A DNA stretch of 63,990 nucleotides, filler included, from Collodictyon triciliatum (taxonomy: Eukaryota), in NCBI GenBank assembly GCA_043381765.1. It is 7 parts of 7 records of this genome, joined end to end, with 100 filler letters (N's around TTAATTAATTAA, not from the genome) between each part and the next. Parts side by side here need not be neighbours in the genome. Positions count along the whole stretch, not along the records: positions 48,283 to 56,641 come from JBHJMP010002700.1; positions 56,742 to 63,990 come from JBHJMP010002707.1; 5 more parts are not named here. One strand, 5' to 3'. The position numbers and the translations under genes are program-made. Below, one piece after another: positions 54,171 to 63,990 of the stretch (position 1 is the stretch's first letter; each line of letters begins with the position of its first letter). The notes beneath the pieces were generated by a model. That model had not been told where the DNA came from, ran no database searches, and worked only from the letters and a program-made list of their open reading frames with translations.

Positions 54171-56010
54171 TGAGTATATTATTAGCGCTGTTAAAGTCTC
54201 TTGTCAAGAATACACTTGGTTTGCTTTCTGGGCGATTGCATTCTTTTACATATGAGACATCTATATACTTTTTTGTATTTCCTTTCAGTGCTACATATTC
54301 CAGCTCTTTTTCGCAGTTGCATCATATCTTGTAGGTTCTAAATTCATCTACACTAACTGTTTCAAAACGTTTGGATAGTATTTTTCTCGTAATACTCTTC
54401 CGATTATTGGCATAAAATGGTTTCATCAGAGATTTTCTGCTCCAGTCTCCACACGCCAGTACAGCATCCTTGCCGAATGTCTTTTTGATTTGGTCCATAA
54501 ACAACTGTTCACTTCTTTTTGTATTAACATGCTGTCTCCATACCATCTTTCGAAAAGTTACTTCATAAAATCTGGAAAATTCTATCTGGTATCTTGATTT
54601 CATAGATACATATCCCCGAAATTTTTCATAATCGAACGTGCATGGGTTATGTTTACTCAGTTCTGTCTCTAAATCGATTAAAGATACTCTTGATGTCTCA
54701 AACTGCTGATTCTCTTCAAAAGTCATGTCACCAAAAGAAACAGCACTTTGTAAATCTGTTGCCATGTATATTCCTGAAGCATTCTACTTTTTTTTCTCGC
54801 GCAAGAGTATTTTGTGATTTTTAAGAGATTTGCTATCATGTCCTGTTTGGTGTGCCGTGTAACGTGATTTCTTACCTGCCTCATCCACCATGTAAACCAA
54901 ATTAAACTTGCCTTCGTCCTCTCCAACTATTTTTTTTTTTCGCTAATAATGATAACTGCTCTTCGGAAAGTTCATCTATATAGACATATTCTTGAGTTTT
55001 TGATTAAATTTGGAATCTTAAGTTTGAAATACCTTTCTTTTTCAAACAATAATGACACCACCAAGCCGTCTGTTTGTATCATGTATTTAAAAGTGTAGTC
55101 TCTTTGATGAAAGACCCTCTTCTTCATTTCAAAGAACACATCCCATATGGTCTCTTTGCATCCTGATATATTCTTCAGTAATGATGCTTTTCCAGATGAT
55201 ACCAATATATCTATCAAACATGCAGTATCTGGAGTAATATGGCATGGTGTATTGTTAGTTCTTATAGGGATTGGTTGAAACAGTTTGGTTACAATGTCCC
55301 AAAAATGCGATTCATGTAAATCAGACATGGAATGTACTTATTTGGATTGACTTGGACGTCATATTCGATACCATTTAAAACATCGCTGGAATGATACGAT
55401 TCAAATGCATTATAGTCCATCATTTATATTGTTCCAGTATTTCGAGTTTCTTGAAGATAGCTTCTTTTTTTTTTAACTTTCGTAACTCTGTCTTTTTTAA
55501 TAGCTCCCGTAATATTCTCATCTTTAGGAACTGTTTGATTTATTAAGCGCAGTAGCCTCTTTACAAAATATTCCTTAATGTTATTATGATAAGCTGTTAA
55601 CATTTGCTTCGCCAAGTACGGCAGTACATGAGACAGTCCAACCAACGGAAAGCGTTCTTCTCAGGACAAAAGGAATCGAAAATCGTAGAGATAAAAAAGT
55701 CATCATGTCATCACTCATATTTGGTTTTTTTAAAAAAACTTGTGGTTCTATCTTGTGAAACAACCCCGACTGTCTTTAAAGCGTACAAAAACTTTTCATC
55801 GATTGTTGGGAGTTGTTGTGATTTCAATATGCAACATCTTACAAACAGATAAGTGTCGGTAACCAAATTATGCCACAATAAAACCGTATCGTTGATTTTG
55901 TCATAGTCATCCGCATTCTTTACAATCGACTTCAGAGATGTTTTCAGATTTCGATAGTCTGGTTTTACAGACTTCAGATTCTCAAACTCAAGACGTTTTC
56001 TTTTATTCAT
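54070..56010 (-). pseudogene. Fanzor1 (eukaryotic TnpB-family RNA-guided endonuclease), frameshifted and with stop codons
   Basis: Intronless fragments in several frames: KTSLKSIV..TYLFVR..LPTIDEKF; MLTAYHNNIKEYF; FKYMIQTDGLVVSLLF; RuvC-I IVGEDEGKFNLVYMVD; ETELSKHN..YEKF..FRKMVWR..FGKDAVLACGDWS; RuvC-II VDEFRT; RuvC-III LTRDFNSANNI. Confidence 0.85.
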
Positions 56011-56210
56011 CTGAAAGTCTTTGTTTTACTTTTTCCTTTAGAAAACTACCAAGTTTTTAATTTTAATAAAAATTTTAGTCAATTAGTCAATTTAATAATA
56101 AAAAAGAAAAAAACTGCATAAAATCAATTCAGGTAAAATCATGCATCTACCGAGGCTTTCATAATATGCGCATTGTGGCAAACAAACGCACAAAGTATTT
56201 TTGTAAGCGA

Positions 56211-56240
56211 CTAGCAAGAGTACCCGTGCTTCGCAGCGAG
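56211..56240 (-). mobile_element. Helitron-like 3' terminus
   Basis: The minus strand reads CTCGCTGCGAAGCACGGG (imperfect GC hairpin), 8 nt, then CTAG followed by T. Confidence 0.45.
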
Positions 56241-56548
56241 AATGATAAAAGAAAAAAAAAGAAAAAAGAAACGGATAAATAAATCAGAGCAACTAATACT
56301 GAGCACCATATTCATACTTATCTTGTTACCTGAGGGTCGATGGCTAGAGCTTGAGGCCTTTCGGCCGTTCTTCAGGTGTCTCTTGTTCTCTTCGATTCCT
56401 TGCACGGATCGCTTGGTCATGGAGCCTTTCATCTCCCTTTGCTGTCTTTGTCTATCGTAAACCCGCATCTTTGCTAGTCTGCGTCCCCTTTCTTCAGGGG
56501 TCGCATTTTTCCTATTGACCTTTGCAACACCACTTTTCTCTCCCTCCT

Positions 56549-56641
<93 letters not shown>

Positions 56642-56741
56642 NNNNNNNNNNNNNNNNNNNNNNNNNNNNNNNNNNNNNNNNNNNNTTAATTAATTAANNN
56701 NNNNNNNNNNNNNNNNNNNNNNNNNNNNNNNNNNNNNNNNN
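56642..56741. other. Artificial contig spacer
   Basis: N44-TTAATTAATTAA-N44. Confidence 0.98.
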
Positions 56742-59700
56742 CCACGGCATTCTGCTTTCTTTCTTCCATTTGATACAATACTCGATGATTTTATCTTTAT
56801 CTTTATCTTTCTTTTTTTCTTTTTAAAGATCATAATGTAATCTGGATTTCGGCTGTTTCATTTTGTGTCTTTCTTTCATTTCTAACGTCCATCGTAATGA
56901 ACCGGCCTTATCTTGGTGTGCGTTTTGTGATTGTGGATCTGTGATTAGTTATTTAATATTTTTGTCGATAGAGGCGATGATGAACTCATCACAATAATCA
57001 CATTTTACCCATATGATAAAAAGCGATTTCTTTATATATCCCAGCTTCGTCTTTTTTTTACAGGTTGAATACCTAAACCAAAAAAACAACAACATCTCTG
57101 CAGGACGGTTGAGATCGAGCAACGGTCGCGGAATTTCAAGTCCCTGCAGGTTGGAGTGCGAGGCGTCTTCCGGCGCATTTAGAGCTATGGATTTATGGGA
57201 CGAGCTCAGGGGCTTGCTGAGAGAGAAAGGATGAGAAAATTGCATCTCGGCCGGAAATATGACAGGGCGGAAAACAGAAGAGCCGCAGGCCAATCCATGT
57301 TGTCTCTGGTAGTCGCCAGTGGAGGCTCAAGTTTTAGGCAAAGAAGACCCAAAGGCAGTGTGAGCTCGAAATCAAGGGCGTCTTTGGAGGCCTGTTGGGA
57401 GAGACGAGTGACGCCCGCTACCAGGCACGAGCGAGCCTCGCGTCCAAGCTGGAAATCGCGATTGAAAGACTGAGGCGCGAAAGCACGGTCCAGACATCAC
57501 AGTTGGCACTGTGGCAGCCGCAGGCACGGAGCCGTCTGACAGAGTTGCAAAAACCGCTCTCAAGAAAACTTGCGTTTGTCGATGAGCAGCAAAGGAAGCT
57601 CAAGAAACGCTTCGCTTAATGTCCTTTATCTTTTAAGTATTCCATCCCCATTCCTATTATTTCTCCCATTTTTCTAATTGTGCCTCGTGACATCTTTGTT
57701 TACTTTCTTTATTATGTTTCACCCCTTAGCCATTTGAATGTCATTCGCCAGCGTTAATTTTTTTTTCACACCAGAGGGCCTTTGATTACATGGGTGAAAG
57801 ACTCGTATCTTTTTCCTTTTAGAGGATTTTAAAGCCACACTTTGAATTAATGACCACCCGCTTCCAACACCTCAGCTCCATCCTCCGTCTTGCATGGTCA
57901 CTGGCACCACGTTTTTTTTTTTTCTTATTCTTACTCTTTATTTGCGATACATGTCCATGTCCAAACAAGCATCCTCTGTGCTGTGAAGCTGCCAGTCCCG
58001 TCTCGAAGCTGACTTGGAAAACATGGACTGGGATTTTGATATCAAAGGCGCGCTTGATAGTCCGCAGTTCTTGTTCGAGGCGAGATTAAACTGGCGACGC
58101 ACACCTCGCCCAACTCCGCCCCGTTGCGAAGCAAGCTGCGCAAGACGACTCGCCGAAGCAGAGCGCTGAGTTTTTGTAGAGGTTGACCAAGTTTGTCAGG
58201 CTGGAATTGGATTTTACCACGCATGGTCAGTGTTGCAAAGACATGACGACTTTGTTGAGAAATGATATCCTTAGCCTTCTTTTTCTCTTTCGTGGGTTTT
58301 TTTTTCTCTCTCTCTCTTTGGCATGGGTGGGAGAAAAGAAGAGATTGGGTACAGGATTTGTAATAGAAGGATGTATGGGGTTGTTTGCAGGAGGAAGCAG
58401 AACCCGTTTCATTCTGCAAAGAGGCGCGCGTTCTGTCTGCGCGGGAAAGGTTCGACAGCTTCTTCAGGGTCGCACACCTCACTCGAATTGCTCAGTCCGC
58501 TGCGTTTCTTGGCCCTTCTTCGTCATGTTGGTCGAGGCATGGCTGAAAGGAGGGGTGAAGGTAAGATGAAAAGGGCAGCTTAAAAGAGGAAAAAAGGAGA
58601 AACAATTTGAAATACACCTTTATCATCAATTACGCTGTAGCCTAAGTTCACGAATCTAATAACAGCCTGCAACGGCGGATTTCCCCCTCCTAAAGGCCGC
58701 AGCCTACTTGGGAATGTCCCGAATCGCAACGCCTCGGCCCCCAACTGCGCCGCCTCAGCAAGTCGCCGATTTCGAGTTCGGCCTCAACAAGGAGCATGTC
58801 GAAGAAACGAAGATTAACGCGGGGTGCGCCCTTTGCACTTTTGACTTGATATCAACTGCGCAATGTCCAACGAGGCGTTTTGGGATGCCCTGGTTTGGGT
58901 AAGCGGCTCTAATCAAACTTTTGTGGGGCATTGAAAGCCACAGCATGATTCTCTCTTTTCTTGAGTTTGTGGTTGTTGTAAGTTGTCGAATATTTAATCT
59001 TCCCAAGTATTATATTTTTTCAAGCCATCTAAGGAAAAATGATATAAAAGCAGCAGCTACATCAAACCACTTAAAGAATACTCACCAAAGCTGTAGATTC
59101 GCCATTATTAGTAAGGCATTCCGCAGCTGATGATGAGCGATTTGCGGCCAGCTAGAAAGCCAGTCTTCTACCTCTTCCTTCTACTCCTGCTCCTCGGGAA
59201 GCAAATCATCGTCCTGGAGATGAGCGGTGCAAAGTAAAGCGTCTGGTAGGCTGGCGATATTGACTGAGGGGCCTTGCGTCGAGGATTGGTCTGTGTACTT
59301 TCGGGCCAAATGGTATTGGAACTAGAGAGAAAGGAGAGCGGCCGGCAGAAATCCCTTTCATCTCGATATCATGAATTCGCATTTCTCCGCAATCGCTCGT
59401 TCAGCTGGCACAAGAATACAAGAGGTTTTTTTTGAAAACACATGCATATCGGATACTACCAACGCGTATGGACACGACAGGAGGCCCATATTTCCACTAG
59501 GCACACCGCGGAGGGAATACAACAGAGTCGAGTTAACCGCAACAATGAAACAATATAATAAAAGCAGAAAAAAAATGTTCAGTGTTTTGGCTGGTGGCAT
59601 AAATTTTTATTACTTCCTTTCCATTTTGTGCGGCGATGGTGGAGATGCCGCCTTGGATTCGCTAAGCCATCGTTTTGCATGACGCTACTTGTGGCCCGGA

Positions 59701-59949
59701 GTAGGCGGCGAAGTAGTCAATATCAGGAATTGCATCCTGCGATTTGGCCTGTAGCCTGGGTCTTATGGGCTTAGCATGAGACGATACAAGGCCAGAGGTC
59801 TTAATCTCTTTCTCGCCTCTTCCACATGTCTCTCTCCTCACGGGAGTCTTGAGCTAGTGAGAACGTGCACGGTGACCGAAGGAGCTGTTTGCAGGAAAGA
59901 GATATTGTATTGATGTCATTCAGGCCTATTCATCATGAATGGGTGTTGG

Positions 59950-61330
59950 TTGTCAACCTTGCTATTGCGCTTCATGGACTTCATCGCCTTCCACATTTCG
60001 CTTCATCAATTGTCTCTTGACCATCGGATTTGCCCTCCCTTTTTCGTTCGCCACAGAGGCAGTTGTTGTTCCGCTCGAGGCGGCATTGGTCAACTATCTC
60101 GTTTCTTCCCAACCATCGGCACGTTAGAAGTTTTGGTGAGTTGGGGTTGCCAATCTCTTCAGGTGGCGCGGTTCCATTCTCGCTCTGACTCTGGCGTGGG
60201 GGTTAAGGCGTCATTCTCTTTTTATTTGCCGCAAAGTCCGAGAACCATCGGTCGATCTTGCTCGTGAGTATCTTGGTGATGGGTCTGTATCGCAGTGATT
60301 CCCTTTTTTCGTCTTTCAGCTTTCGGGTATGTCCTCCGATTAGCGGTGCAATCAGTTTTCCATCTTCGACCGCATACGATTTTCTTTTTACCGCCCCTTT
60401 CGCTCCACGATGACGGGTTTTGTAGAGGTTGACATGGGAAGTCTCCATTTCTTTCGGTGTCCTCTCTACTGTTGCTTTTTTTCCTTGAACATTCGCTGGC
60501 ATTCTCGTTGAGCAAGGACGATGAGCTTCTCTTTGACAGCCTTCCAGTCGGCGTCCTACTCGTCCATCCTCTGGCGTGTTGACAGGAGACTTTCACGACT
60601 GTTGACTTGATTTCTTTCTAACAGTTTAAGGTCGTTGGTCTGCTCTCCATCGATCCGTTCGGAGATGCTGGCTTTTCCTCCAGCGTTGTTCAAGGAACGA
60701 CACGATAGCACTGATGGTCCGCATAGGTTGTGTGAATGTTGTACATCCATTCTGAAGCCATGGGACGTCTCGGTATTGCACAAGGAACGGTCATTCTGGC
60801 TCCACGTCGGCCGCTTCTTGCTTTGGCGCTGCACGAGACTCCCAAGCAGGATTCGGGATAGAGAGTATACGTCGCATGGGGTTCAGTTGCTACGATTATT
60901 GTTGATTGAACCAGCTTGATGAATGGCTATGTCTGGTCTTAGTGGGACACGCCTGTCCACTCTAGCTTCTGGGTCTAAGGACTGCGTGTGGACGATCTCC
61001 ACATATGATTGTATGGGGGTTGTCAAGTCCTTAGTGAGTTTGCTCGAACTCTCCCTTCTGTTTGGGAGGCCCAGCGTTTAGCAGGTGCATGTGCAAGTCG
61101 ATTCATCCTTTGTTGTTTTCCCATCCATCTGGGTATCCCTGCTTTTGGCGCGGGGCCGGGATATGACTTTGAATATGGGCTTCTGCTTAGACATCCACCC
61201 TTTTTGCCCCAGGATTGCTACGCCGGCGCATGTTTTGTGTTGTGAGTTGGTTGTAATTGATGGTGACCTGTGATCCATCCACCATCGGAAGTCTTTGAGT
61301 TAGATCATGTGCAGATGAGTCTCAGGGCTT
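59950..61330 (-). mobile_element. Degenerate L1/Tx1-like non-LTR retrotransposon ORF2 (APE endonuclease to the start of RT); an ORF1 remnant may lie at ~62400-63990
   Basis: Ordered APE motifs across frameshifts: ETH (~61320), AGVAIL (~61215), HAP, HTIICGD (~61000), PTW/NDR (~60795), ADH (~60718); then a LKDEK linker and WKAMKSMKRNS, resembling the start of RT. Confidence 0.6.
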
Positions 61331-61389
61331 TTGTCGTGCCGACCGAAGGCCAGTCTATGCTCCTTGCTGAGGAGGGAAAAGACAGTTGA

Positions 61390-61830
61390 CAGTTTTTATT
61401 GGATTATTTGATTCGTTTGTTTGAATTTATTTCTGATTCTTTTATTTTTTTTAATTCCGCTGTTTTTTATTGTTGGTTTTTTTTTTATTTGTTTTTTTTT
61501 TTTTTTATCTCTGTTTTTTTTCTTTATTTGATTTTTCCTTTGATTTGTTTTTAAATTTGGTTCTTTTTTTATAGTTTTGCTCTTTTTATTGGCTTTTCGT
61601 TTTATTTGTTTTTATTTTTGTTTTTAGTTTTTTTTATTTTGTTTTTGATTCTGTTTTTATCTGTTGCGTTTTTTATTGTAAGTTTTTTATGTTTTGTTTT
61701 TTATTTTTGTTTTTTGTATTGTGTTCTTTTTTTATTTGTCTCCTTTTGTATTTTAGTATTTTTAGTTTTGTTTTCTATTTGTTTTTATCTTGTTTTCTGT
61801 TTTTTTTTAATTTTCTTTTTTTTTTTTGTT
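61390..61830. repeat. T-rich low-complexity tract
   Basis: Interrupted poly-T (A-rich on the LINE coding strand). Confidence 0.85.
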
Positions 61831-63990
61831 CATGAAAAAGGCTGATCTCGTCTGTAAACCTCTTTCCGTTCGAAATTGCCAATATTTGAGAAACACATAG
61901 CTATCGGTTCTAGCCCTTCTTTGTGAGAGCACCGTCGGTAGTCGTACTACTTCCCCCTCCTAGTTCGTTCGCCATTGACAATTGTGACTTTATGTCTCGC
62001 CGAACGCTTTCCATGGAATTCTGTATTATTAGGATGGGTGGCGAGGAAGATGATAATAAAGACCCCTTCCGTGCTAGAGAGCCCACGCGGCGGCTCTTCT
62101 CGTTGTGTTCAGTTCGTGTTCAGTTGTTGTTTTCGGATTATACGTGTGTCTGACTCTTTATAGTGGCATGTAATGGCGTAATGCTGTCCGTCATGGTCCG
62201 CGTCTTTGAATCCCTTTTGCCGAGGAATAAATGATTGGTTGATTGGGTTAGTTGTCAGCTTGTGTTTGTCTTTGTTGATTGGATGATGTCGTGAGTGGAG
62301 TTGTGTGAATTTGGGTGATGAGTTGTGATTTGGTGGATTGTGGTGATTTGCGGTTGTATGTGTGTAGTTTTGTCGGAACGTGGATTTGGTGTATATCGTT
62401 TTAAATTGGGGATGTATTTGTCACATGCAGCGTTCTGCACTTGCATGAGTGGTGCATGGATTGATGATTGGATGATATATGTTGATGCATAGCCTCGATA
62501 GGATATTGATTGGAATTATGATGTTATCCCTTGATGAGTTGTTTTGTTGCGTGGTTGGATGAGGTTGGAATGAAGGCTTTGCGGATGGCTGGTGCGAGTG
62601 GGGTTCGAAAGATTGGGTTTGGTGATGGTTTTGTTGCTCGGCTCTTGATGAGTCTGAGGCTGTCAGCTCTGTGGCTTCGCTTCTTTTTGGGCTAGCGGTC
62701 TTGTCGCGAGCAACTATAATCATGGTCTGTGTAAGCATGCTGGTAGTTTTGCTTCTGTTGGGGTGCCCTCGAATCTTGGGAATTGGCGGTTGTGAGGCTG
62801 ACGCTGCTCGGGTGTTCTGGTTCATCTCTGTCTCGTTGGGACGCAGGTGAGAGTAGAGTGAGTCGTTGCTGGAGTTTTCTTCTTAAGTCTACTTCGATTT
62901 TTGCAACAGTGCTTTGGCTGGCAGGTCACGGCGGGGCTTCCTTCATGGGCATGAAGCTGGCTTATGATTTGGGTTGTGTTGACCAAATACTTTGGATTGG
63001 AGGCCGCTGGTGAAGTGTCGTTGCTTGCTCTCGGTGTGGTTTAGGATTGAGTGTTTAGAAGCTCAGGTTTACCTGTTTGGTGTATTCGTCTTCCTCGTCA
63101 GGGGTTTCTTACCCGGCGATAGGAGAGCCGTGGCCTTGCTCCATGTTGTTCGCGTCTTTGATTACAGGATGACATTCATATTCAAAGTCGCATTTACTTT
63201 CTCTGGGAGTTTCCTTGCTGGACGAGGAGCTTCCTTGGTTGGGTGGTGGTAATGGGCTTGAGGTGGTTCAATTCGTTTCGTCTTCCATGGCTGCGTCTGC
63301 TGGTCGTCGAAGGTTTGGGGCCTGTTGTGCTTTCACCCCTGGACTGCGGTGGGTTTGCAGAGGGTTATCACCGTTGTGGTATTTGGCTTGTCCTGGTATT
63401 TGCCCTGGTCTTGTTAATATGTTTGGTACTCGTGTTGGGGCTTCTCCTTCCGTTCGGGGAGGGGTCATGAAGGGGACGTGGAATCCTTGCAGCTTATTTT
63501 TCTTTCTTCTAGCACTTTTCGGGACTCTGATCTGATGGCCGAATTGACCAGCGGCACGTCATTGGTCCAGATACCGTCCACAGCTTCGTAAGTAACTTAT
63601 GTAGGCGGAAAATGTTGCTCTGCAGGGCCTCTTCGAATGGTTTCCTTAGGTGAAGCCTTGGGGGGATATTCCCGATGTCGCCGGAGAAGTGGAGGGTGCC
63701 TTCGGTTATGTGGCGAAAGAGCGGCCAAGCAGTTTAACTGTCTGCCATTTGGCGAACTCTTGCGGCTTTTTCTTGGTGCCGGGAAAGAGCCACTGTGGTA
63801 ACCTTGGGGTTGATAGTACAATTGGATGTTCACGTTTCTCCTCATAGCACATATAGAAGTTGTTGAAGGGACTTGGGCGAAGTTCTTTCTTTCGCTTGGT
63901 TGGCGGGCCTTCGTGGTTCTGGGGCCGTTTGTGCTTACCTCGAAGGCGGAGGTGCAGCCGGCTCGTACAGGGTTCTGCTCCTGGGCTCTC

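Noticed and set aside
57060-58900. Coding-like fragments at the start of the last contig
   Set aside because: No consistent spliced model or family could be established; may be degraded gene or element remnants.

Overview
Intron-rich eukaryotic (protist-like, probably flagellated) nuclear DNA, not prokaryotic. The window is seven short contigs/scaffolds joined by artificial 100-nt spacers (N44-TTAATTAATTAA-N44), so adjacency across spacers has no biological meaning. Spliced genes reconstructed by hand: a BOD1/Shg1-like Ser-rich protein, a Roco kinase (LRR-ROC-COR-kinase-SAM-like), bacterial-type EF-P, NOP56, OTU1/YOD1, a very long coiled-coil protein, Rab7, PHYH, the ATAT1 first exon, an internally duplicated coiled-coil protein, a His/Asp-rich membrane protein, an LCAT/PLA2G15 lipase, the glutathione reductase 5' part, a SHIPPO-repeat protein and a small EF-hand protein. 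Mobile DNA: a decayed intronless Fanzor1 (TnpB-family nuclease) with a structured 3' region, a Helitron-like 3' end, and an L1/Tx1-like LINE remnant. The most notable observations are the Fanzor locus, a canonical U12 AT-AC intron in Rab7, and six exactly 69-nt phase-0 single-LRR exons in a non-RD Roco kinase. Family assignments are from motif recognition; no searches were run.
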